A DNA stretch of 63,481 bases, counting the filler, from Octopus bimaculoides (taxonomy: Eukaryota): NCBI RefSeq assembly GCF_001194135.2. It is 5 parts of 5 records of this genome, joined end to end, with 100 filler letters (N's around TTAATTAATTAA, not from the genome) between each part and the next. Parts side by side here need not be neighbours in the genome. Positions count along the whole stretch, not along the records: positions 1 to 26,231 come from NC_068991.1; 4 more parts are not named here. One strand, written 5' to 3'. Below, piece after piece: positions 11,150 through 24,329 of the stretch. Numbering within the stretch: the first letter of the stretch is position 1; each line of letters starts with the position of its first letter. The position numbers were made by a program, and so were the translations under genes. The notes below the pieces were generated by a model. It was not told the origin of the DNA. It was given only the letters and a program-made list of their open reading frames with translations, and did no database searches.

Positions 11150-14124
11150 NNNNNNNNNNNNNNNNNNNNNNNNNNNNNNNNNNNNNNNNNNNNNNNNNNN
11201 NNNNNNNNNNNNNNNNNNNNNNNNNNNNNNNNNNNNNNNNNNNNNNNNNNNNNNNNNNNNNNNNNNNNNNNNNNNNNNNNNNNNNNNNNNNNNNNNNNNN
11301 NNNNNNNNNNNNNNNNNNNNNNNNNNNNNNNNNNNNNNNNNNNNNNNNNNNNNNNNNNNNNNNNNNNNNNNNNNNNNNNNNNNNNNNNNNNNNNNNNNNN
11401 NNNNNNNNNNNNNNNNNNNNNNNNNNNNNNNNNNNNNNNNNNNNNNNNNNNNNNNNNNNNNNNNNNNNNNNNNNNNNNNNNNNNNNNNNNNNNNNNNNNN
11501 NNNNNNNNNNNNNNNNNNNNNNNNNNNNNATCATAGTTGGTATAGTCATAAAAATCATGAGTGTGTGTGTGCGTGTGTGTGTGTGCGCGTGTGTGTGTGT
11601 GCGCGTGTGTGTGTGTGTATGTGTGTGTATTCAAACCATTTAGCATATAGTCATATTCGGTGATATAGCTTGCAGCAGGCCTTGTTCGGTACGCGGCATT
11701 GGAAAGTCACAACAATGACGAAACATTGATGTTTGTCGCTCCAAGAAGGAACCTGATGTGAGTTGTCTCACTTGCCTATGACTTACTTTCAGGTGTTTAA
11801 ACAGGAGGTGCATTGAGAATATATTCTCTTGCGCCAAAAAATGGAGTCGATCCACAAACTAATACATACACTTTGTGTACGTCTTCGGTTTAGTTAATAT
11901 ATATGTACATATATATAGAGAGAGAGACATACAGATAGACAGACAGAAACAGAGACATACAGAAACATAGACAGACAGACAGACAGACAGACAAATACAT
12001 ACATATATATATATGGGCATACACGCACACACACAAACACGTTTATGGAAAGTTATAAGTTCCTCCTATTTTTTTTTTCAATAGCCGTTCCCTCTATCCT
12101 ACTTCAATCTCTTTTGAATTGTTAGTTGTTTTACTGCTATTGTTGTTGTTGTTGTTGTTGTTGTTTAGTTCAAAGACAGCCTCGAAACATTCCATCACGA
12201 TTTGTATTTCAGACATAGTCAATGGACAGCCTCAATACATTCCAAATGTAACCATCACGATCTTTATTTCAGGCATAGTGTGAAACGACGACGTATCCTG
12301 TTTTAAAACGCTAGTCATTTCAAGGAGACCTGTATATTACTTCTGCCTTTTCGAACGATCATGCTGATGCTCCCTAATTAGCTCACCAATTTCTTAGTAG
12401 TTTTCTAATGTGTTAATTAATCTTTCTTCCATGACGGTAAAGGCAGTAGTGTGTTTTGACATTAGTATGGCCCGAGTGTTTAGCCATTAATTTGATTACA
12501 TTCATTTCGCTATACTTTGCTTCTCGAAATCCTTAAGGACACTTTTATATTCTCGTTCCCGTTCCCATCTACATTTATAAAAATTCATATTTTTCCTCTT
12601 CTCTTTGGTGATTATATTATTTTTATACATGTAAAAATATTTCAGACCTTCAAATATTAATTTATTCTCCCATTTTATTAAAAGCATAGCACAGTTCTGA
12701 ACACTGAATTGTATCTCAGGTTACATTTTTGTTTTAATTCATGGTGATACCGTTTTTTGTTGTTTTTTTTAACAAGCCATGAGGATATTATTGATCACTC
12801 CTTGACATTTGGTTAAAACGTAACATGGTTTGCTCTCTCCCAGTTTATGTTGAAGAAGCTAACTCGATACCACGCAGAAACAGAAATAATTAATCGCCGG
12901 AGAAAATATGTCTTTTGATCTTGATTTCTCCAAGAATATCGCACAGCAGATCAACGCAAACTGCCAACACAGCCGTCTTTCTTCCATAAAAATCTTTTAC
13001 ACTATTACTGGTACCAGATACTAAAAGAAAATATTTCATCACACCAGGATACAAAAAGAGGAAAACAGCCTCTGTTGCCTTTTAGCCTTCATCAAAGATT
13101 ATCTAAATTATTTTACCAATTTTCTTTCACGGAATAACCACAGTGACAATACATAGGGCTTGACAAATATCGAGAAGTAAAATCGCGAAGAAACCATAAT
13201 ATAATTCCGATACTTACATGCACGTATACGCGCGCACGTATATGTCTAGTACATGCATAGATTTTAAGTATGTTTATACGTAGGGCTGTTAAGGGGCCTT
13301 ATATTTTAAAATATACACACATACAGATGTGTGTATACACACACACGCACACATATATATATATGCATGCATATACTATGTATATAAGTATCTAGGCAAA
13401 TAGATAGGTTCTTTTATTCTTGCACTTGTTTCAGTCATTTGAATGCGGCCATGCTAAATACATATATATATATAGATACATATATATACATACATATATA
13501 TACATCATACATACTGCTCTGTGAAGGTAAGATCAACAAAACGTACTTCATCTGATGAGAGATAAACATTGTTTAATAAGCACAAAATATATTTTTATGA
13601 GTTACTAATAGTTTCATGCGATAAAAGCGACTCAGTATTTTATAACACATCTGGTGCCTTCATGCAATCCTCAGTTTATGCTCATATGTCGTAACAAACT
13701 AAAACAGGTCGATAGAATAAGAGAAAACATGAGAGAAAACGAGAGGAAAGTGGATGTAGAAGGTTGTAGAAGGTAGAAGGTTGTAGAAAGTAGAAGGTTG
13801 GAAACACCGGATGACTAAAGAAAAAGGAAAAAGAAATGGATAAAGGGAAAATTAGAGTTATGATCCCTTTGACCGTAAAGTCATAATAAAGAGTAGTGGA
13901 TAGGGGCCTAGACTCAGCGGTACAGTTGCTCCATCGGGAGAGGATAGTATTTTACAATTTGCCAACAGGAACTTATCTATATGTTTACATCTGCTAAAAC
14001 TTTCAGATCTGGAATTAAGCAGCGTGGTGAAGTCCTGATATCTGATCCGTTTTGTGATCCGTTGACATATGGTATGGACTTTCAACTATTTTGCGCTTGA
14101 TATATATATATATGTTGTTTGTAT

Positions 14125-14144
14125 GTAATGTATAATGTATGTAT

Positions 14145-14233
<89 letters not shown>

Positions 14234-14238
14234 TAGAC

Positions 14239-14308
<70 letters not shown>
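14125..14308 (+). repeat. Compound (TAGA)n(CAGA)n(TAGA)n microsatellite
   Basis: Directly visible. Confidence 0.97.
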
Positions 14309-14309
<1 letters not shown>

Positions 14310-14480
14310 GTTCGAATTTACAGAAAACAAAAGACGAAGACAGGTGAGGAAACAACAAGCAGGTGTATTAGTTTGACGCTCGGGAAGAATGGAAAAATCT
14401 TTGATGTTTCTAGCCTACAATCTTCGACAGAAGGGTTTGAGAGGGTAAAAAATAGAGAGAGAACGAAAAAAGAAGTAGAG
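14309..14480 (-). mobile_element. Short interspersed repeat with decayed minimal hammerhead-like motif (PLE terminal-repeat-like)
   Basis: Reverse complement of 37740-37910 (tattagt..gacgctcgggaa..ttgatgtttc.ag..tac..tcttc.acagaa). Confidence 0.7.
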
Positions 14481-14774
14481 AGAAAAAATGTGTAGAGATT
14501 GACGGTTTCAGTCATTGGTAGTATCAGCAAAAAGAATATTCCATCCAGTGAGAGTTAAATACCGTTCAGGAAACATGGGATTTTTGTATGCGCACTCAAG
14601 CGCATGCACACACACAAACACACATTTTTATTGTCCAAGATGTGTTCATTTGTAGCGTAAGAATTAGGGATTTTCGTCCTCTCCCCAAGATCTCACGTTC
14701 AGATGCGTTAATATATATCCTGTTGCTTCAATGATAATAGGTATGAAGCTATTTTTCTTGTATTTTTCTAACCA

Positions 14775-14870
14775 CATTAGAACATATTTTTTTCTTTGAG
14801 GTCGCACACAATATCTGGCCGGTTGTGATTTAACTTGGTGGCTGTTTTAATTCTTAAGTTCCACCACATG
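14775..14870 (-). mobile_element. Fragment of RLE endonuclease domain of an R4-like element
   Basis: WWNLRIKTATKLNHNRPDIV contains the RPD catalytic motif of restriction-like endonucleases. Confidence 0.8.
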
Positions 14871-16393
14871 TATGCATGTATGTATGTATTTATGCATGTA
14901 TGTACGTATGAATATATGTATTTAAATAAGTTTGTATGTGCGTATGTATGTTTGCATGTACGTATGTATGTTTGTGTGCATGTATGTATGTGTGTGTATA
15001 TAGGTGTGTGTGTATGTATGTATGTATGTATGTATGTATGTATGTATGTATGTATGTAGATATTAGTATTGACTATCACAGATAGATCCGCCTCTCTTCA
15101 AAGAGACAATTCATATTAGAAAGATAATAAATATGCATACATACGTGTATATACACACATATATGTGCGCGGTCGTGCATATAAAATAGTGGGAGTATGC
15201 TGTTCAGCTTAGTGGCTGGAAATAAACTAGTATTAAATAAAGTACCTACAATTACATTTAACGATTTCTGATTATTCAATAGAGTCCATCTCATCTATTT
15301 AACTGCATTCAAATAAGTTAACATTTCTCTACGACTGCTACGACAGCTAGTGTTACATCGGGGAAGCCATTATTCAGTTATATTTTGGTTAGATTCAATT
15401 TTTCATTTCATTGTCTAGTGTGTTTAGATAATGAAATTATGGACGGCACCATGATTGCGTTATATGTAACGTATAAATTATACCTTGGTAGCACTGCTTG
15501 CAGACTGGTGGAATTATCATTGTTAAAGTGTTTTCTCTTGTAGGTTGTGTTGATGCAATCAAGCCAGACACGTACTTGCTTGTAGGTCTGGTTTAGCATT
15601 AGAGTGTTAGAATGATCGAGACACGTTCCATGTTCCTAGGTTTAATGTTAACGTTTTACAATGAGCCAATGTAGGAGAGTTTATACCAGTAATTCCCAGC
15701 ATTTTTATGATCCATAATCCTAGGAAATATTTGATAAATTTTCGCACCTTCTACAAATGTGACATCGCTTTTGAAGATGAAAAGATCAGTTTCCGAATAA
15801 ATAATTTATTTTTACTTTTTATTGAACCACTCGCAGTAGAATGGATAAATAAACTACTTGGTGTACTAAGTTGTTTATAGCAGTTAGTTACTAATGCTAT
15901 TCTGAAAACCAGTTTTAGTAGAGTGAGGACTTTTCCTTTTTGCTTCAACTTTTTTATGGTATCTCGCTCCCTAAGATATGCTCGACTTCTAGATTAAGAA
16001 CTTTTGATCTACGCAGTTGCTTGTCTTGATAGAAATCTTGGCCAAATCTTCTCCAAAGGTCAATTTACTGTCTATATAATGTTAGGCTCAGTAAAATGGT
16101 TTACTGTGTCAGAGATAGATTATGAATTTTCAACAGTAAAAATATACAATTCGAGTTATGAAAAAAGAGATTACAAGAGCAGCGAACACTTTGTGACCGA
16201 TGAAGTCCAACGATAACGATCAAAAATTCAAATCTCACTGATGGGATGTCAAACGCAATCTGATTACAGCAACAAACACCAACACAAGTTATTTCATCCA
16301 TAAGGTGAGACTGCGAATGACTTGAGACGTTTAAAACAATCTACAAGGAACTCGTATGACAGTAGGAAAATAACTTTGAGAAGATAAGACTGG

Positions 16394-16440
<47 letters not shown>

Positions 16441-16919
16441 CACGAGGGGAGGACTGATTTCGTGTTGTCACGTTACAAATGACACCATGCATTATGCGTG
16501 TGTGTGTGTGTATGTATGTATGTATGCATGTAAGCATGCATGCATGCATGCATGTATGTATGTATGCATGCATGTATGTATGTATGTATGCATGCATGTA
16601 TGTATGTATGTATGCATGCAACAATAAGGCAGTATCAGCGCAAGGATTTGCAACTATTTTCCACAAAGAGAGTAAGACGAGTGCATAAGCGAAAATAAAA
16701 AAAAACGACACCCAGATTTTTGTATGGCGCTAATGGTGGAAGTTGCAGCTGACTCAAACGATGTGGTTATATTTACAAATCATGATACAACGTCCTGACT
16801 TTATGACATTGTCTGATCAAACATTTCTCGTTGATTGTCTATGGTATTCTAAAATGACATACGAAGAGAAAAACCAACAGTTTACATACATGAATCTATT
16901 TATATGATGTATGTGTGTA

Positions 16920-17822
16920 CGAGGGAGTACCAAAAAGTAGCCGAAAACGTTCTCTGTGGGACAAACCCGTTGTAGTTCAGGCTTCCCCCGCAAGACACCA
17001 CTTGATGCGACCCTCAGGCATCAGTCTGCCGACCGGCATCATTAGGTTGTGTCGTACTTCCATGTGGTGCGTCTTTGTTTTGCAGAGCTTCTCTCCTATC
17101 CATCGATTTTTGTGATGGCTGAAACGAAGGAACAGCATGCTTCCGTGAAATTGTTTTCTGCAGGGCAAAACAGCGGCCAAAACAGTGGCCAAGACAGCTG
17201 TCACGTTTCAAACAGCTTACAAGAATGCTGCCATGAGCAAAACACAAATTTACTGTGGTTTCCACACTTTAGGAATGGTCACTCTTTGCTTGAAGACCAA
17301 CCTCATTCAGTACGATCGTCGAATGAAAGCATCATGAAAATTCATGAACTGATCTTGGAGAACCGTCGCCGAACAATTGACGAACTTGTTAATATGACCG
17401 TTGTGTCCTGGTGCTCCTGCCAACGAATTGTGAGCGTAGAATTGCGAATGAAAAGAGTTGCAGCAAAACTGGTGCCTCGCTTTCTCAGAGAAGATCAAAA
17501 GTAGCCACAACTGAATGTATGTCGTGAAGTGAAAGAACACTTGGAAGTTGACCCGGACTTCTTTTCGAAGATCATCACTGGTGATGAAAGCTGGTGGTAC
17601 GGAATTTGTAGATGTGGAAGAGGTGAAGACAAAAACGACGGCGACGTTAAAAGACATTACTTCGAAAGAGTTCCTGCACTGCTTCGAATAATGGAAAACA
17701 CGCCAGGACCGATGCATTGCTTCAGATGGAGAGTAATTTGAAGAAGATAAGAGTGTAAACATTTAAAACTAAGTGAATAAAATAATATTGCAAAATTCCG
17801 GTTTCTTTTGGGTACCCGTTCG
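16920..17822 (+). mobile_element. mariner transposon (irritans/Hsmar2-like TIRs), internally deleted
   Basis: TA|cgagggagtaccaaaaagtagccgaaa and ttccggtttcttttgggtacccgttcg|TA. Motifs MAETKEQ, RRRTIDEL, KLVPRFL, IITGDESW, then a jump to DVEEVKTKTT; the catalytic core is deleted at about 17600. Confidence 0.9.
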
Positions 17823-18088
17823 TATGTGTGTATGTAGGTATGTTTGTATGTATGTATGTATGTAATTAAAAGAAGGTACTTTGGTGAGGCAATATGGACT
17901 GGGCATAGGAAAAGAGAAGTTTTGAAATATAGAGATAGTAGATAATTTTGTGAGGCACGAGTTCAGAAGTGTACAATGTTTCAGTAGCTTATAAAATTAA
18001 AGATTTGTAGCTAGATCCTCTGTGGCCTCGGTTTATACATCACAGCCGAGCAGTTATTTGTAAACTGGGGAGAGAAGCAGAAAAATAT

Positions 18089-18304
18089 CCTTTTCTACTC
18101 TAGGCACAAGACCCGAAACTTTGGTGGAGGGGACCAGTCAATTAGATCGACTCCAGTATGCAACTGGTACTTAATTTATCGATTTCGAAAGGATGAAAGG
18201 CAAAGCCAACCTCGGCGGAATTTGAACTCAGAACGTAAAGACAGACGAAATACCACTAAGTATTTCGCCCGGCATGCTAACGTTTCTGCCAGCTCGCCGC
18301 TTTG
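18089..18304 (-). mobile_element. SINE family B (tRNA-like head, conserved central block), full length with 15-bp TSD
   Basis: Minus strand ggcgagctggcagaa...gagttcaaattcc...cctttcatcctttcg. TSD gaagcagaaaaatat at 18074-18088 and 18305-18319. Confidence 0.93.
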
Positions 18305-18820
18305 GAAGCAGAAAAATATTTCAGCATAGATATGGTAGAGGTATGTGAATGAAAACTAATGCTGATAATAAAAATCAAATCCACGGTAAGAAGTAAAGCA
18401 AAATGGCAGTTGCATGTTTATAGTGCTTGTAACTGGCATCTAATTTATTCTGGTGTCTTGCCGTTAATTTGCCTGGTTACGTTGGCGCAATACCCAGTTT
18501 AACATACGCGATAACGTGTGTAGTCGTGTTTGTCTACGTAAGGCAAGCATTAAAAGTCTTCAGAGAAGCCACACACTCTAGACAGTTGTTAACTTTACAA
18601 CGAGTGAAGAAAAGAATGGGTGTCAGGGGACAAACTGAAACGTCATACGGAGGTTCACTAAAACAATATTGTAACAATAACAGCAAGACTTGCTCGTCGT
18701 TGTCACATCCATGCACAAGTGTGTACGTTCCTAGCCAGAACCGTGAACGTCTAAGCTAACACTCAAGCGATAGCATTTCTTGAAATTGAGTTGCAGCCAT
18801 CACACACAGACACACACACA

Positions 18821-18908
<88 letters not shown>

Positions 18909-18965
18909 TGTGTGTATTTCGCTTAGCCATTATAGATCTATATAGAGATATTATTCTGATAGAAA

Positions 18966-19180
18966 AGTGTTGTTAACAGTAACTTCGAAGTTTCGACCAG
19001 CAAAACTATCGTCGGACTTAGCCGGCCGAAACTTCGAAGTTATTGTCAACAGCATTCTTGTATAAGAATAATAAATTTGTTCTCTATTGACGTATATAAT
19101 CACGTAGGTTTGGATGTCTGTGCGCGAACGTATTTTACTAGAAGACAAAAGTATAGAGTAACCCATCAGATTAAAGGAAA
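18966..19180. repeat. Foldback repeat: 27-bp inverted arms around a 25-nt loop, plus adjacent segment duplicated at 20663
   Basis: Arms 18972-18998 and 19024-19050 match at 24/27. Positions 19085-19148 are identical to 20663-20726. Confidence 0.85.
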
Positions 19181-20662
19181 ATTGTTTTTATTATAACTGA
19201 ACATAAACACAAGCGTTAATATATGGAGAGATAGACAGTCATATACACATACATACATACATACATACATACATACATACATACATACATACATACATAC
19301 GTACGTACGTACGTGCATGCATACATCATTTAAATAGATCCATGTACTTAAACTGTTCTTGGTTTTTTCTCCTCATGTTATAGAACACTATAGATATGCT
19401 TTCATCGAATCATGTCAAGTTTATTATTGTTATGACTGCAAAAGAAAACACATACTGACATATAGACGTTCTGTTTGAGAATTATAATTCTTTTTTACGG
19501 GAGCTAAGTTAAATGTCTTGTTAAAATAAGTATAAATAGTCGAGATTGTAAAATTATACGTGTTAACGGGACAGACAAGTGAAGTGCATTCACGAATTAT
19601 CCGGAGAACTGTTTAAACACTCTCTATCCTCTATGAAGATAATTCTTAGATTCAAACAAAAGGATAATCAATCTCAATAAATTATAATGTACAAAACTAT
19701 CTAACGAACCACACAATTCAATCATGTTAATTGGAGATGTCTTAGGCCAACCACAAAGTGTTATTTGCACTGCGAAACTGCCATTGCTGAGAAAGAAAGA
19801 AAGAAAGAAAGAAGGTAAGAAAATAACAATGTAAGAACATGAGTAAGTGGATTTCACAGAAAATTTCGTTAAGTTCCAGAAAGTGTTTGGAAGTGACTTT
19901 CTATTCACAAACCAATGTATGATAATCATGAACTGTCTGCAATGAACACAGAAAGGATAGGCGAAAATGAAAATGATATCAGGTGATTCTCGCTTGGGTC
20001 TTTCTAAGACAAAAAAGCTTCAGGAAGAACACAAAATAAAGGAGTTTATATTAGTTTAACGCTGAAGAGAAGATTAAGAAATAAAATAAGTTCTACGTTT
20101 TGATCAATGATCCTTGTTCAAAGAAAAGGAGAAAAGTAAACAGAACAGAGTCGAAAGGAAGAAAAAAAAGTAAGTTTGACTTAATGTTGCGTGATGTGAA
20201 GTGAATGACAAACGAAAAAGGGTGGAAGAGAGAATCAAAGAGACAATAGGTGAGTGAATAGTTCTTTAACAGTAAGAAGCGTATTTATGTGCAGGTATGT
20301 GTAGGTGTGCTGTTTAGAATGTGTTCGTTGTTTATCTGTGTGTATAGATGAAAGTGTGTGCATAGAAAGATTGGATCGGTATGTGTACGCACGTGTAAGA
20401 TGTGGGTATGCATGTCTGTGTAATGTGCTAGGTATATAAGCTTAAGGCATATATGTAGGTGTTTGTGTGTGGCTAGCTGTTACTGACTAATTGTGTTACG
20501 CATTTGTGTGTAGTAACACTGTGAGTGGTGTATGCATGCACGTTGTAGTATGTGTTTGTTTTTAGGTGTAGTGTACATAAAACAGTGTATGTATTGTGCA
20601 TGTCGTTCGTGTATGATTAACATTCCTCCGTGTATTTGATGTGTGTGTGAGTATGTGGTGTA

Positions 20663-20726
20663 TATTGACGTATATAATCACGTAGGTTTGGATGTCTGTG
20701 CGCGAACGTATTTTACTAGAAGACAA
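20663..20726 (+). repeat. 64-bp exact copy of 19085-19148
   Basis: tattgacgtatataatcacgtaggtttggatgtctgtgcgcgaacgtattttactagaagacaa is present at both sites. Confidence 0.95.
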
Positions 20727-20934
20727 GTTAACTGTTTGGCCCATGCAGTTGTGTTGTATCGAAGCCGAAACTATATGGTGTTTCAGTTTGAGAAAATAAT
20801 AAATCAGGTCTGCAAAGGATAATATTTGCAATATCAGCAACCTTAATTCAAAATAGTAGAGTGCACCTCTATTGTTTTCATTGAACATATGTATCTATAA
20901 ATTTAGTATGCACTAAAGAGGTAGCTTTTGCATG

Positions 20935-21100
20935 TTTAATCGACTTGCTAGCAATAGCAGCCAAATCTCTTTCAAACTCTACTTTCTTAAGAAAGAAAAA
21001 AGAAAGAAGGAAAACATTATATAGCGTACTTCTTGATCTATCATACCTGAATATAAGATGGGATCACCACAGCCGGAATACTTTTGATCAACGTATGTTT
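20935..21100 (+). mobile_element. SINE-like family D (ctgctagaaatagcagccaaatc... with (AAC)n tail in fuller copies)
   Basis: Homologous to 29400-29597, 30345-30545, 32090-32140, 59040-59130 (+) and 49050-49150 (-). Confidence 0.65.
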
Positions 21101-22063
21101 AATGAAGAATGAATGGGAACTAACTGCATTAGCAACAACTAAATATTGACTGAGCTATAAACAATATACAGAAGTAATTCGCTCTTGATACTATGTCGCA
21201 TTAATCCTGTTACGGCTACTGACTTCAGTTCAGCAGTAAAGTATCTATATAACGTATAAGGTCTCGTTGTAAAATTCTCATATAACCATGTGCTATATAA
21301 TGATGCGTTTTACAACATGCTGTTTCCTGCTTCTCTACACTCTAACTTTCGAATCTTTACGCCTTTTCACTTTTCTACTTTTTATCTCCCGCGTTTCTAT
21401 TCTCTGACGCCAACTTCTCTGCTATCTGGCTCCTTGTGGGTGACCTTTATCCAAATTGCTCGAATTATTTTAGGGAAAATGTATGTAGTTTTCTTTACAC
21501 TCCATAAATTACAAAGCTAATTATATTTGGAGGGATCTGTTTTTAGAACTACATCTACTTTAAATGGATAATGCATAAATTTATAAATCAATTCAATGTG
21601 ACTTTATTTTATAGAATAAATGTATAGATTTTAATTAACACTCTATGTAATAGAGTAATAGATAAATGTAAGAACATTGTCTTTATATGTGTGTGCGAAC
21701 GCGCGCGTGTGTGTGTGTAATGGTGCAAAATTGTGAGGAATTTTGACTGAAAATTGATGAGCATCCATGTCTTTTGTGTATTTTTTCTTGTTTGTCGTCT
21801 TTCCGTGCAATTTTTTACTCTTTTATGTGTGCGTGTGTGCATACATACATACATATATATGTGTGCGTATATGTGTGTATATACATACATATACGTATGT
21901 ATATATATATGTAAATTTCTATATCTTTGTGCAGCTGAGGATTGTTCTACATTTTATATTTGATGTAATGTTCACATTGCTTAATTAAATGGAGTCGCAT
22001 GAAACGATCGTAATGCATTAACTTTGGATATCCTTGTTGCTTATTTTGACTTTATATATATAA

Positions 22064-22145
<82 letters not shown>

Positions 22146-22618
22146 ATTTCACCAGTCACCAGTTGATATATATAAAATTACGATCGTTTTACAGCCAACA
22201 TCATGGGAAAATCATTTATTTTAGTATATAATGAATTATTTTACATGTCTCTACTAGTGTATATGTTATAAATTACGTAGTACTATTGTATATTTTACAA
22301 GCTAGTACAAGTATAGAAGGCTAGCTCCATAGAACATCATGGTTATATGACAGACTGTAAGACAAAGCGATATAATTCAATATAAATACTATTTATACAC
22401 ATGTGAAGATGTAGATACGAATCGCATTTTACTGTTTTGTAAGCCACAATATATTCCATGTTAGAGGCACCATGTCCAAAAGTATTCCAACCATGAGCAT
22501 CCTATCTTTTTTTTTACGGGAATTGTATACTCTGGATTAAGTTATCCAATGTGCTTTTTATTTTTTCATTTTGTTTCAGTCATTTTACTGCGGCCATGCT
22601 GGGGCATCACTTTGTTTG

Positions 22619-22660
<42 letters not shown>

Positions 22661-23568
22661 NNNNNNNNNNNNNNNNNNNNNNNNNNNNNNNNNNNNNNNN
22701 NNNNNNNNNNNNNNNNNNNNNNNNNNNNNNNNNNNNNNNNNNNNNNNNNNNNNNNNNNNNNNNNNNNNNNNNNNNNNNNNNNNNNNNNNNNNNNNNNNNN
22801 NNNNNNNNNNNNNNNNNNNNNNNNNNNNNNNNNNNNNNNNNNNNNNNNNNNNNNNNNNNNNNNNNNNNNNNNNNNNNNNNNNNNNNNNNNNNNNNNNNNN
22901 NNNNNNNNNNNNNNNNNNNNNNNNNNNNNNNNNNNNNNNNNNNNNNNNNNNNNNNNNNNNNNNNNNNNNNNNNNNNNNNNNNNNNNNNNNNNNNNNNNNN
23001 NNNNNNNNNNNNNNNNNNNNNNNNNNNNNNNNNNNNNNNNNNNNNNNNNNNNNNNNNNNNNNNNNNNNNNNNNNNNNNNNNNNNNNNNNNNNNNNNNNNN
23101 NNNNNNNNNNNNNNNNNNNNNNNNNNNNNNNNNNNNNNNNNNNNNNNNNNNNNNNNNNNNNNNNNNNNNNNNNNNNNNNNNNNNNNNNNNNNNNNNNNNN
23201 NNNNNNNNNNNNNNNNNNNNNNNNNNNNNNNNNNNNNNNNNNNNNNNNNNNNNNNNNNNNNNNNNNNNNNNNNNNNNNNNNNNNNNNNNNNNNNNNNNNN
23301 NNNNNNNNNNNNNNNNNNNNNNNNNNNNNNNNNNNNNNNNNNNNNNNNNNNNNNNNNNNNNNNNNNNNNNNNNNNNNNNNNNNNNNNNNNNNNNNNNNNN
23401 NNNNNNNNNNNNNNNNNNNNNNNNNNNNNNNNNNNNNNNNNNNNNNNNNNNNNNNNNNNNNNNNNNNNNNNNNNNNNNNNNNNNNNNNNNNNNNNNNNNN
23501 NNNNNNNNNNNNNNNNNNNNNNNNNNNNNNNNNNNNNNNNNNNNNNNNNNNNNNNNNNNNNNNNNNNN

Positions 23569-23605
<37 letters not shown>

Positions 23606-24329
23606 AAGAGAGTGAGAGAGAAAGGGATTTAAATGATTCATACAAAAATTTACACAAAAAAGAGAAATAATTCGATGTGGTGAGTGGTATGTATTTGATC
23701 AACAAAGACAAATAAAGATATATTAAATAACATTAAGCATGAATTCTTGATTTATTAAAATTATTTGTGTTTCCAAAGAACATAAAACAATCGTTTGGTG
23801 GTAACTGGAATTATTACAAAGACTTCATTGAAAAATTGACTTAATAATTTTCATCGTCTATGATGCAGCTTAATTATAAATGCTCATTTTGTCAGAAGCC
23901 ATTCTGAGGAATTCCTTGAAAATGTAAGTGACTTATACCATCTAGATTTTCAAGACATCCTTGATGAAGCTTTTTATCATATTCTTGCATTGATATGAGA
24001 TGAGCGAAACCAAGAGATGTTGGATACTGAGATCGTAGAATGGGTTTTTATGGCTATAAAAACAACAACTGATAAACAAAACAATGTTAGAAAATAGTTG
24101 GCTGAAACAAAAGAATGTACATACCACCTGATCACACCAATGTATCACACTCGTTTCTAGATAAATCTATAAATTATTATGATTTAAGGAAGTAACATGC
24201 TAAAATGGAAATCTACTGTAAGAAGATATGTCTTCCACAATTTGATGCAATTTATGTAAATATATTAAAATTAAAGTACTAATATTCCAAGATTTACTTT
24301 TCCCATTCTTGTTCTGACACTTTATTGCC

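Noticed and set aside
13858-14085. Minus-strand ORF / IPYVNG motif as a Penelope fragment or exon
   Set aside because: Only a 6-residue resemblance; all frames are interrupted or unrecognisable.
18433-18759. 96-109 codon plus-strand ORF with hydrophobic start (..LTYAITCVVVFVYVRQ..)
   Set aside because: No ATG start, no clear splice sites and no recognisable domain; within chance expectation.
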